Below are positions 8,982 to 17,049 of a stretch of 24,356 bases of DNA, one piece after another. Positions within the stretch are counted from its first letter, which is position 1. The number at the start of each line of letters is the position of its first letter. Under the pieces are notes generated by a model. It made no database searches and was not told the origin of the DNA. It was given only the letters and a program-made list of their open reading frames with translations. The translations under genes and the position numbers were made by a program. Source of the stretch: a virus (lineage: Duplodnaviria > Caudoviricetes); IMG/VR virus record IMGVR_UViG_3300048762_000041, positions 1-24,356 of that record; one strand, written 5' to 3'.

Positions 8982-9368
8982 TTATGCGGCCTGTTTTAGT
9001 AAATACGGTTTATCCCATTTGCCGATTCTAATATTTAAATAGTAGTTCGGTATGCTTCCATAATCCCCATCTTCTGAGACGATCCGAATAGGTTGTAATT
9101 TAAATATGACCTCAAGAAGTTTTAATAAAAATACTTTCGCGGGTTCATTTTCACGAAAACTTTCTTCAATCCAAAAATGACTTAATTCTTTTGCTTGGTA
9201 GTACTCACCGTTTCGCGTATCTCTTGCGGTAAAATCAATATTACTTTCCATTATAGCCACGTGCAAGCTTGTACAATGCTCTTTAGTTACGAAGAACTTA
9301 ACATTTGGGAATTCTTTCTTTAAAGCCACTCGTACCGATTTAACTTGTTCCGCTGATATATAAGGCAT
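8982..9368 (-). CDS. Conserved phage early protein, LPD29-like
   Basis: 'VRVALKKEFPNVKFFV' and 'YYLNIRIGKWDKPY' resemble large-polyvalent-protein domain 29 proteins; first gene of cassette 2. Confidence 0.6.
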   Translation of the reverse strand: MPYISAEQVKSVRVALKKEFPNVKFFVTKEHCTSLHVAIMESNIDFTARDTRNGEYYQAKELSHFWIEESFRENEPAKVFLLKLLEVIFKLQPIRIVSEDGDYGSIPNYYLNIRIGKWDKPYLLKQAA

Positions 9369-9401
9369 TTTATTTTCTCTCTTTCGTTACTTGATAAAGA
9401 G

Positions 9402-9431
9402 ATTATAAACGCTGTTGCCGCCGGTGTCAAC
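9402..9431 (-). promoter_or_regulatory. Sigma70 promoter with palindromic operator, copy 2
   Basis: GTTGACACCGGCGGCAACAGCGTTTATAAT: perfect TTGACA-N17-TATAAT. Confidence 0.9.
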
Positions 9432-9433
9432 AA

Positions 9434-9697
9434 CTAATCCTCTTCATTCCATACTCTAGCCCAATGAGTTACGGTAAATTCTTTAGCTGATTTTTTTAAT
9501 TCATCTAACGTGCAGCTACATGAAAAGCAGTTATTACAATCTTCAAGTATATAAAACTGCGATCCATCGAAATTCGCTATACCATAAAAACAGCAGCTTA
9601 GATCGTCTTCGAAAGAATACCGTATTAGATATTGAAAATATTTATAGCCCTCTAACTCAAGCGGAGACCTATCCGGGTATTTATTCCACTTAATCAT
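9434..9697 (-). CDS. Hypothetical protein, DUF551-like
   Basis: Starts 'MIKWNKYPDRSP', ends 'VTHWARV'; GAGG RBS before ATG 9697. Confidence 0.6.
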   Translation of the reverse strand: MIKWNKYPDRSPLELEGYKYFQYLIRYSFEDDLSCCFYGIANFDGSQFYILEDCNNCFSCSCTLDELKKSAKEFTVTHWARVWNEED

Positions 9698-9861
9698 CCT
9701 CGTTCTACACACGTGTATTTAGCCGAAGATAATAGCCCCGGAATATTTTGTTTAAAATTAGACCCTGCCTGTTCACATAAAGATTTTGAGTTGTAATCGA
9801 TAGTGGTAATTGATACGCCGTACGCCGTCGACATGATTAAAATTAAAACATAAGTGCTCAT
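9694..9861 (-). CDS. Small exported/membrane protein
   Basis: Hydrophobic N-terminus 'MSTYVLILIM', two Cys; ATGA coupling. Confidence 0.6.
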   Translation of the reverse strand: MSTYVLILIMSTAYGVSITTIDYNSKSLCEQAGSNFKQNIPGLLSSAKYTCVERG

Positions 9862-9862
9862 A

Positions 9863-10054
9863 TTAAATATGCCTATCATTGAATGTTCGTTTTAAAACCT
9901 TAACGGTTTCGCCCGTTTCATTATTTTCTATGTGCATACGAAACCCGCCCCTAGAATGCTCGGAATCAAAAGCCTTTATGACTTTTTTAATACTGTTCTC
10001 TTTAACCGTTACGGTAGAGCCCGTCCAATTTTGAGCCACCAGCGTGTATTTCAT
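9863..10054 (-). CDS. Hypothetical protein
   Basis: GAGGTG RBS; ATGA coupling with upstream micro-ORF. Confidence 0.65.
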   Translation of the reverse strand: MKYTLVAQNWTGSTVTVKENSIKKVIKAFDSEHSRGGFRMHIENNETGETVKVLKRTFNDRHI

Positions 10055-10119
10055 TTTAACACCTCATCAGTTGCCTCAGATTCCCATCTTTTATACATTT
10101 CTTCATCCGGATCATTCAT
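10051..10119 (-). CDS. 22-aa acidic micro-ORF (MNDPDEEMYKRWESEATDEVLK)
   Basis: GAGGG RBS; ATG 33 nt from the -10 box as in cassettes 1 and 2; ATGA overlap with next gene. Confidence 0.55.
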   Translation of the reverse strand: MNDPDEEMYKRWESEATDEVLK

Positions 10120-10152
10120 TTTATAGTCCCTCTATTTTTATTTTATAAAGGG

Positions 10153-10182
10153 ATTATAAATCATGTTGCCGTTCGTGTCAAC
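10153..10182 (-). promoter_or_regulatory. Sigma70 promoter with palindromic operator, copy 3
   Basis: GTTGACACGAACGGCAACATGATTTATAAT: perfect TTGACA-N17-TATAAT. Confidence 0.9.
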
Positions 10183-10184
10183 TT

Positions 10185-12440
10185 CTATTTCCCATATCGT
10201 TTCCCACGCCATCCGCCGTTAGCTCTCACCGGCCAATCTTTAGCCCAATCGGGCATAGTTGACATTATTTTTTCAAACTCTTCTACACTTCCAAAACCTT
10301 CGGGAACTTCGCATACTATTTCATCATGAACGTGTAAAACTACCGGGTATCCTGCGGCTTCTAAATTCACAATTGCGTTTGCTAGGATATCGCGTGCTAC
10401 TGCTTGGCAAAGGTTTTCCGTCAATTTACCCCCGTATGTTTCAATTCGAATCCATCCGGGAGCGCCAAACATAGGGTTACTGTTCCATCCCTCAAAACTT
10501 AGGGATAGTGTGTCTTTTTTACGGTCGCTCGGAATTAATCGGGGCTTGTGATACGTTAGATACCTATCGGATAATAATTGGCAATAGAGTACTTCTGATT
10601 TAACAACCCATTTAAAACCCCTATACTCGAAAGTTTCTCCGGGGTATAAAACCGCTTGAACCGCAGCTCCTTCAATACCGAAAAACTCCGGAAACCATCC
10701 TCGAACCTGACCGCCCCAAAACTCAACAATAGCAGGGGACGCTTTACGCCAAGCTAAAACGGCTTGTTTAATCTCTTCCTCAGAAAAGAATTCATCCGCA
10801 CCAAAAGCCTTCCATGCGCCAATCCATCCACCGTACCCGCTCGCTAATTCCGCCACCTTCCCGATAGTCTTTCGGGTTGGATGGTGTTGTCCGGTTTCTT
10901 GTCTATGTTTGATATAATCTTCGAAAGGTATCCCCGTAATCTTAGAGGCACTCATTTCATAAATTTTACCGTGAGTATTAAAAACTTCTTTTCTCCAAGA
11001 TTCTCCGGCTATTTCAGCTAAAACTACAGCTTCGATTGCGGAGTAATCCGAACATATAAAATCTTTACCCGGCGCAGAAATAAACATACCTCTTAAACAT
11101 CCTGAAATGGTCTCTAACGCGTCGTTCCAATGATACTCGACACAATCTAGGTTACCCGTCGATATCGATTTAATCGCGTCTTCAACCGCGTTCGCGTTCC
11201 ATTCAATCGGGATATAAGAAGTCCGTTGTTCGCCGCAAGAAGGGCAAAAACCATAAACGGAACTGTGGCTATTACAACCACCGCATAAGTAAACCAGAGG
11301 GCCACTATTAGGCATATTTTGAGGCTGTACGCCACTGCCCGAAGCGCGTCCAGTCCTAGCGGAATGATATATAAATAAATCATGAACACGCCCCGAGTTA
11401 GTTATAGTGTTATGCATCGCATAGAGTTTTTTAACAGCTGCCGATCCGATACGCTCACGGATTTTTAATACTTCTATAATGTCATCGGATACGTCCTGTC
11501 GTTTTAATAACAGTGTGACTTGTTCCGCATCGAGCACGGGGACATAAATGCCTTGGGTTTCTAACCACGAACGTATTTTTGCAACTTCCGAAGCTTTAGA
11601 TACTGCGCTCCCCGTGAGTTCTTTTATTCTGGAATTATATTTTTTATATGCCTGTTCAATTATAGAGATACCCGCGAGGATAGTAGGATGGTCGAGCATA
11701 ATACCCCTTTGATTTATAGCTTGGTCGCATGTCCAGAACTGTAACTCAAATTGATTTAAATCCGGTATCAACCCTGATAATTCGGCTTCGGCTTCAATAT
11801 CTCTAAGGTTATAATTATAGAGTTTTTGCGCATCTTCCGGGTCTTCGGATAGTAAAATCCTGCGGCGGGGGTCTGATTTTGTAGGATTTCGTGGCATTGA
11901 AAATTTAGTTAATAAACGCCATCCGTCCTTATCTTTTTTATGTGTGATATCCATTACCGCGCCGCATGGGTCTAATGACCGGGGTAATGCATGAGCAACA
12001 GCTTTAGCCGCAGCGCAACGCCATTTATGGAATTTAACGGGCGGCCAATTATAAAGACGCTGGCAAACATTAATCCATATCCAACGCTCAAAAGCTACGT
12101 TCCACGCTTCGATTAACCCACCTGAAAGGATATGATTAAATAAATCAATTGGTGGTAAGTCCCCCGGTTTCCAGAGTCGTTTGCCTTTCCCGTCTTTTAG
12201 GTCATAGGCACATGATATAACCTCGGTACTGGGGTGCTCCGAATACTTAGCGGCTCCGATAGTTGGAAGGCCTTTTTTCAGGGCGTTGGGGGGTGCTTTA
12301 TACTTGTGTGAATAGTCATCCCAGATATAACCGGCTTCACTATATGTTTCAAAATCCAGATCAGCTAAAACCGTGCTGTGACCCATACCGGCTACTAGTT
12401 TCGTTCCGGCTCTTAAATCTGTTGGCGGCAATGGAATCAT
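10185..12440 (-). CDS. polA: Phage family A DNA polymerase with 3'-5' exonuclease domain
   Basis: Exo I 'DLDFETYS', 'ARTGRASG..QPQN', motif A 'DYSAIE', motif B 'RKTIGKVAELASGYGG', motif C 'HVHDE'. Confidence 0.95.
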   Translation of the reverse strand: MIPLPPTDLRAGTKLVAGMGHSTVLADLDFETYSEAGYIWDDYSHKYKAPPNALKKGLPTIGAAKYSEHPSTEVISCAYDLKDGKGKRLWKPGDLPPIDLFNHILSGGLIEAWNVAFERWIWINVCQRLYNWPPVKFHKWRCAAAKAVAHALPRSLDPCGAVMDITHKKDKDGWRLLTKFSMPRNPTKSDPRRRILLSEDPEDAQKLYNYNLRDIEAEAELSGLIPDLNQFELQFWTCDQAINQRGIMLDHPTILAGISIIEQAYKKYNSRIKELTGSAVSKASEVAKIRSWLETQGIYVPVLDAEQVTLLLKRQDVSDDIIEVLKIRERIGSAAVKKLYAMHNTITNSGRVHDLFIYHSARTGRASGSGVQPQNMPNSGPLVYLCGGCNSHSSVYGFCPSCGEQRTSYIPIEWNANAVEDAIKSISTGNLDCVEYHWNDALETISGCLRGMFISAPGKDFICSDYSAIEAVVLAEIAGESWRKEVFNTHGKIYEMSASKITGIPFEDYIKHRQETGQHHPTRKTIGKVAELASGYGGWIGAWKAFGADEFFSEEEIKQAVLAWRKASPAIVEFWGGQVRGWFPEFFGIEGAAVQAVLYPGETFEYRGFKWVVKSEVLYCQLLSDRYLTYHKPRLIPSDRKKDTLSLSFEGWNSNPMFGAPGWIRIETYGGKLTENLCQAVARDILANAIVNLEAAGYPVVLHVHDEIVCEVPEGFGSVEEFEKIMSTMPDWAKDWPVRANGGWRGKRYGK

Positions 12441-12562
12441 AGTTTAGTTACCGCCGAAGGGTTAACCCATATTTTTGTTAAATCATCTAAATACCAGATA
12501 CGGACTAATCCGAATTTTTCCTCTATAATTTGGGCTTTTCTTCCGTTATGCAGCACGTACAT
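12437..12562 (-). CDS. Hypothetical protein (41 aa, MYVLHNGRKAQIIEEKFGLVRIWYLDD...)
   Basis: Hand-translated; AAGGA RBS; ATGA overlap with polymerase start. Confidence 0.6.
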   Translation of the reverse strand: MYVLHNGRKAQIIEEKFGLVRIWYLDDLTKIWVNPSAVTKL

Positions 12563-12574
12563 TCTTTTTTATCC

Positions 12575-12991
12575 TTAACAATATTTGGGCTCATTTTGTA
12601 AACAGATTAAACCATTACGCCGCCACATATCTACGACCGTTTGACGGTAATCTATAGCAAGTTTGGGATCGTAATGTTTTCGTATTTCTTCTTTGATTAT
12701 ATGGTCAGGGCAGTAGTCTCCTTCGGGTCTCATATAGAGATGGTGCCAAGGGATATTATGCTTCTTTAACCAAAACATTGTTAATTGTCTGTATTTTTGT
12801 GGGCGACCGGTTACGATCAAAATCTCACGACTCAAGGATAATAATCGAACTATTTCAATTACCGGTTCAATCGGTAAATCTAAATGACATTCCATAAAAA
12901 AAGCGTCCCAGTTTTTAGGCTCCGCTTCTAATACGCTTTGACGATGCATGTTATCGGCGATTGTTCCGTCAATATCCACAATTATGCTCAT
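12575..12991 (-). CDS. HAD phosphatase, T4 PNK 3'-phosphatase-like stand-alone domain
   Basis: 'DIDGTIAD', 'VTGR', 'LYMRPEGD..PDHIIK', 'VVDMWRRNG'; GAGG RBS before ATG 12991. Confidence 0.88.
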   Translation of the reverse strand: MSIIVDIDGTIADNMHRQSVLEAEPKNWDAFFMECHLDLPIEPVIEIVRLLSLSREILIVTGRPQKYRQLTMFWLKKHNIPWHHLYMRPEGDYCPDHIIKEEIRKHYDPKLAIDYRQTVVDMWRRNGLICLQNEPKYC

Positions 12992-13001
12992 AGTTAACCT
13001 C

Positions 13002-13025
13002 AAATAAAGGGCCTATTTCTAGGCC
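13002..13025 (-). terminator. Putative intrinsic terminator after ssb
   Basis: GGCCTA-GAAA-TAGGCC hairpin followed by CTTTATTT on the minus strand. Confidence 0.6.
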
Positions 13026-13032
13026 GAAGATA

Positions 13033-13926
<894 letters not shown>

Positions 13927-13967
13927 TGTGATTTTTCTCCATTAATAAAATTTATTATATTACAGGT

Positions 13968-13997
13968 ATTTTAGATTATGTTGCCGATAATGTCAAC
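13968..13997 (-). promoter_or_regulatory. Sigma70 promoter with palindromic operator, copy 4 (ssb/polA unit)
   Basis: GTTGACATTATCGGCAACATAATCTAAAAT: TTGACA-N17-TAAAAT. Confidence 0.85.
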
Positions 13998-13999
13998 AG

Positions 14000-14254
14000 C
14001 TAGTTACTAACAGTTTCTGTGGATAACTCCTGTATAAGTGCTGTCTCAACTTTTATTTGGTCATTGATGTACCAGATTGCTTTCTTTAAATCTTCGACGC
14101 CGTTTTTATGCTTATAGCGCCAAAGATATTTTATAGCGTTCCCTATATTGAAATTGAGGGAACGCGCAATATCGATACATTCGATTTGTCGGCCGCATTC
14201 GCACTTTATACCAGAGGAATTATAGTGAGGGGGATGATTGATACTATCTGTCAT
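14000..14254 (-). CDS. DUF3310 family protein (T7 gp1.7-like nucleotide kinase)
   Basis: 'INHPPHY', 'IECIDI', 'FNIGNAIKYLWRYKHKNGVEDLKKAIWY'. Confidence 0.9.
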   Translation of the reverse strand: MTDSINHPPHYNSSGIKCECGRQIECIDIARSLNFNIGNAIKYLWRYKHKNGVEDLKKAIWYINDQIKVETALIQELSTETVSN

Positions 14255-14382
14255 TTGATTCTCTTCAATAGCTTTTCTTGTAGGTTTTTAAGAAACACCG
14301 CCATTTTTTCAGAGTGTTTCCCGGTGTCTATATATTTCGTGAGCAAGTCAATTATTAAACGTAGTTCCGAACTACTTAGCAT
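14251..14382 (-). CDS. Hypothetical protein (43 aa, MLSSSELRLIIDLL...)
   Basis: Hand-translated; AAGGA RBS; ATGA overlap with DUF3310 gene. Confidence 0.6.
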   Translation of the reverse strand: MLSSSELRLIIDLLTKYIDTGKHSEKMAVFLKNLQEKLLKRIK

Positions 14383-14548
14383 TTTTAAAATCCTTTGAGT
14401 GTAAGTGCGGTTTGTATTTATTACATCTTTTGCATTTATAAAAAAAACTCTCGGTATGATAGTCTATTGATACCCAATCGGTATATTTGAATATAAAATC
14501 ATTGCGGTCTAAAATATGACCGTGTATGAGACAGATTAATCGTTTCAT
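14372..14548 (-). CDS. Small putative Zn-binding protein (58 aa, MKRLICLIHGH...CKRC), DUF1660-like
   Basis: Hand-translated; C-x4-H plus CxxC; GGAGG RBS; ATGA overlap. Confidence 0.65.
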   Translation of the reverse strand: MKRLICLIHGHILDRNDFIFKYTDWVSIDYHTESFFYKCKRCNKYKPHLHSKDFKNAK

Positions 14549-14766
14549 TCTGTAACCTCCGTATTACAAAAACACCCCTCATAGACGGGTATCATCCGCT
14601 TACAATTAGGGCATTTAAAGGTATCACCACAAAAATAGGCTTGTGATATATTTCTGCCCCAAATCGGTAATTTTTGTAATTCCCGAATCTCATTAACTGA
14701 CATCTTACGCCCACATTCATTCTTACAATCAGGTGATATGCAAAAAGTCTTATCTTTAAAACTCAT
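14545..14766 (-). CDS. Cys-rich hypothetical protein
   Basis: Eight Cys; tightly coupled to next gene. Confidence 0.65.
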   Translation of the reverse strand: MSFKDKTFCISPDCKNECGRKMSVNEIRELQKLPIWGRNISQAYFCGDTFKCPNCKRMIPVYEGCFCNTEVTE

Positions 14767-14782
14767 AAATTACCCGCCCTTT

Positions 14783-14793
14783 TGTGCTATACT
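14783..14793 (+). promoter_or_regulatory. Putative extended -10 promoter (TGTGCTATACT)
   Basis: TGTGn-TATACT then AAGGAG (14813-14818) and ATG 14826. Confidence 0.55.
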
Positions 14794-14825
14794 TAAATTG
14801 TAAACTATCATCAAGGAGCAATAAA

Positions 14826-15020
14826 ATGTATCCTAAATTCTTTGATAAAAAAACGGATATAATATCTTTATCCGTACGACTCGCTCAGGATTTAATTAAA
14901 ACAATTGATGATATCCTAAGCGTGATTAATTATTTCATTCCAAACTTTGCATTAAGCCTAGTCGTGAATTTTTTAGATGCGTTTATTTCCTCTAATCTCG
15001 CAAAGACTCCAACTTTTTAA
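14826..15020 (+). CDS. Counter-oriented small hydrophobic protein (64 aa)
   Basis: Strong AAGGAG RBS and own promoter; fills a gap with no evident minus-strand ORF. Confidence 0.6.
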   Translation: MYPKFFDKKTDIISLSVRLAQDLIKTIDDILSVINYFIPNFALSLVVNFLDAFISSNLAKTPTF

Positions 15021-15165
15021 TCATGTCGTCAATGGCTTCGTTTTTAGTATTGTAAATGACGGGAGATTCGAAACGTTCATCCTCGACGAGTGTCGCATCA
15101 AATCCACGAATGCATTCTTTATTATAGTGTTTTATAATTTCAAAATTTGATGAATATTTAATCAT
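14992..15165 (-). CDS. Hypothetical protein (57 aa, MIKYSSNF...KNEAIDDMIKKLESLRD)
   Basis: Hand-translated; ATGA overlap with upstream remnant. Confidence 0.6.
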   Translation of the reverse strand: MIKYSSNFEIIKHYNKECIRGFDATLVEDERFESPVIYNTKNEAIDDMIKKLESLRD

Positions 15166-15358
15166 TTACTTTCTACCCCACATTTATGGCATATAAAATA
15201 CGTATCTTCTTTATAAGTCTCTAGAAAGTCATGCTCACAATAGTTTTCGATCAAATGAGTCAGTTTTTTTAATAATTATAGTAAGATTAGGAATTCCACT
15301 CACTCCTAGATCGACAAATCCAAGATAATTATCTCTCATCTTTAGTGAAGTCATTCAT
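15162..15358 (-). pseudogene. Disrupted MNDFTK-family paralogue
   Basis: Begins MNDFTKDER then TAA; another frame carries 'KKLTHLIENYCEH...CHKCGVESK', matching the intact paralogue's 'KIQLIIKNYCEH'. Confidence 0.65.
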
Positions 15359-15368
15359 TTACTTTCTA

Positions 15369-15379
15369 CCCCCCCCCCC
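15369..15379. repeat. C11 homopolymer (G11 on coding strand)
   Basis: Direct count; overlaps the second copy of an 18-bp direct repeat TCATTTACTTTCTACCCC (15162-15179, 15355-15372). Confidence 0.9.
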
Positions 15380-15402
15380 ATTTTTTGCATTGCATAATGT
15401 CG

Positions 15403-15570
15403 TTATTCATCTTCGCCCCTGCATTTAGACCCGCATGTTGGGCACTCAAGAGCTGAATCATAGCCTTCAATCATTAATTTTATTTTGTTAATTAATGGAT
15501 AATTTTCTTTAGTTATCCAATGAAGCCATTTATGAATAAACTCAAGTTCTTCTTTTGTGAACTCATTCAT
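15403..15570 (-). CDS. MNEFTKEEL-family paralogue (55 aa) with CPTCGSKC
   Basis: Hand-translated; shares N-terminus and 'KIKLMIEGY' with neighbour. Confidence 0.7.
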   Translation of the reverse strand: MNEFTKEELEFIHKWLHWITKENYPLINKIKLMIEGYDSALECPTCGSKCRGEDE

Positions 15571-15787
15571 TTATTTCAATACAACTAACATTTGCAGCAT
15601 GATTACTTAAATTGCAATTAGGATTGGGGCATTTTTCATGCTCACAGTAGTTCTTAATAATCAATTGGATTTTATCAAATAATAGGCCGCTTCCTTCCCT
15701 GCAAAATTCAACTCCGCTTACCGATTGACTCCTATTTACACTCCATGCTAAAAGCAAATGAAGCTCTTCTTTCGTGAAGTCATTCAC
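15563..15787 (-). CDS. MNDFTKEEL-family paralogue (74 aa)
   Basis: GTG start with GGAGG upstream; 'KIQLIIKNYCEH'. Confidence 0.7.
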   Translation of the reverse strand: MNDFTKEELHLLLAWSVNRSQSVSGVEFCREGSGLLFDKIQLIIKNYCEHEKCPNPNCNLSNHAANVSCIEINE

Positions 15788-16244
15788 TTTTTAACCCCTC
15801 CCAGTATTTTATTTGAGAGTCAATTAATTCATCACGAGTTTCAAACATAGTACAACCTAAAGAATTAGGATCGCTTTCATCACAAAATCGATACCCTCCC
15901 TCTAAATTATGAACTTTCGTGCATTTAGGCCTATTATTTGATAAAAACCAAGCGTCTTTATATCGGGGCTTAGGTTTCGTTAGTTCTTGAAGTCGTGCTA
16001 TATCATCGCAATCAGTTTGCTTCGATTCTTTAATTTCAGATTTAATTTCCTCTTTTTCTAAGTATTCGGAAACTATCCCCTGTAAATGAGCTTTCATAAG
16101 TTCGGGAATAGGATTTCTATATCCAGTAAATAATTCAGATAATGCTTTTTCTAAACCGGATTTTATTTCTTTCCCGATCGTACTTTCTAAAATTGCGTTT
16201 TTTACATACACGTCAATATCTTCGGGTTTTATGCTTATTTCCAT
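15780..16244 (-). CDS. Hypothetical protein, possibly a fusion of two small modules
   Basis: GAGGG RBS; helical N-half, distinct C-half ending 'LIDSQIKYWEGLK'. Confidence 0.7.
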   Translation of the reverse strand: MEISIKPEDIDVYVKNAILESTIGKEIKSGLEKALSELFTGYRNPIPELMKAHLQGIVSEYLEKEEIKSEIKESKQTDCDDIARLQELTKPKPRYKDAWFLSNNRPKCTKVHNLEGGYRFCDESDPNSLGCTMFETRDELIDSQIKYWEGLKSE

Positions 16245-16454
16245 TATTCTTTTCCCTCTAGTTTATTTATGCGCTCAAGAAGAATATCAACCATTTTAAT
16301 TAAGTATGCTGTGACGTGGTGATCGCCTCTCATTCCTGATACCTGTTTAATATTTATATTCTTTTAGTTCTTCAATCGTTTTTGTTTCAAAGTTAATGGG
16401 TTCTATAGGGCTTATACTATTCTCTATTTTCGTTCCCCAAGAGGTTATATTCAT
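16244..16454 (-). pseudogene. Apparently frameshifted small gene (or two micro-ORFs)
   Basis: MNITSW...ELKEYKY* (16347-16454); another frame continues NIKQVSGMRGDHH...LEGKE* to TAATG at 16244. Confidence 0.4.
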
Positions 16455-16645
16455 TCTAATATTTCTCCTTTCCCGCATATACGGCACTTTTTAACGAACG
16501 GCCAACCCCTTCTCGATCGGTCGCATCCAAAGTCCCAATCATGAATATGTGTTTCTTTAGATTGTTTACTACGCGGCCATAAATAACCGAATATTAATCC
16601 TGAGAAAAAATTTATAAGCGCAACCGCTATTAACAGGTTGCTATT
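16451..16645 (-). pseudogene. Start-less membrane-anchored Zn-ribbon ORF
   Basis: Frame reads SNLLIAVALINFFSGLIFGYLWP...HIHDW...CRICG; ATGA coupling at its end but no in-frame ATG. Confidence 0.45.
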
Positions 16646-16650
16646 TTCCT

Positions 16651-16788
16651 TTAATTCGATTGCTGACTCATAATTTCATTATAAACAGTTATTCTTTGTT
16701 CTCTTGAATATGAAAAATTATTTGTTATAGGTAAGCTTTCTAATAGCACGGTTAACATAAATTGACCCTGTAATGCGGATAATTTCAT
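16651..16788 (-). CDS. Hypothetical protein (45 aa, MKLSALQGQF...)
   Basis: Hand-translated; ATGA overlap with upstream gene. Confidence 0.55.
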   Translation of the reverse strand: MKLSALQGQFMLTVLLESLPITNNFSYSREQRITVYNEIMSQQSN

Positions 16789-17006
16789 TTATTTACGATC
16801 CTATTTTTTAATTCAATTACAGCTCTAGCCAAAACGAAAAAAGAATTAGCGCTCATGATGCTATCAGGGTTCTTAGAGGGTTTATCCATTAGAGCCTCAA
16901 GATGAAAAAAAGCTTTCTCTAAGGGACAATTTATAAACGCGTGAGCACTTTTTCTTAATTGCTCTAACTCTTGTTTTTCGCTCGGGTCTAGCATTCTATA
17001 ATCCAT
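16785..17006 (-). CDS. Hypothetical protein
   Basis: Track start 17048 is the -35 box, so ATG 17006 or 16994 is more plausible. Confidence 0.65.
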   Translation of the reverse strand: MDYRMLDPSEKQELEQLRKSAHAFINCPLEKAFFHLEALMDKPSKNPDSIMSANSFFVLARAVIELKNRIVNK

Positions 17007-17019
17007 AATTTTTTTAATT

Positions 17020-17049
17020 ATAATACTACTTGTTGCCGTTCCCGTCAAC
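17020..17049 (-). promoter_or_regulatory. Sigma70 promoter with palindromic operator, copy 5
   Basis: GTTGACGGGAACGGCAACAAGTAGTATTAT: TTGACG-N17-TATTAT. Confidence 0.82.

Noticed and set aside
10185-12440. Z-genome (DpoZ) or other modified-base system
   Set aside because: No purZ, datZ, mazZ or base-modification genes recognisable in this window
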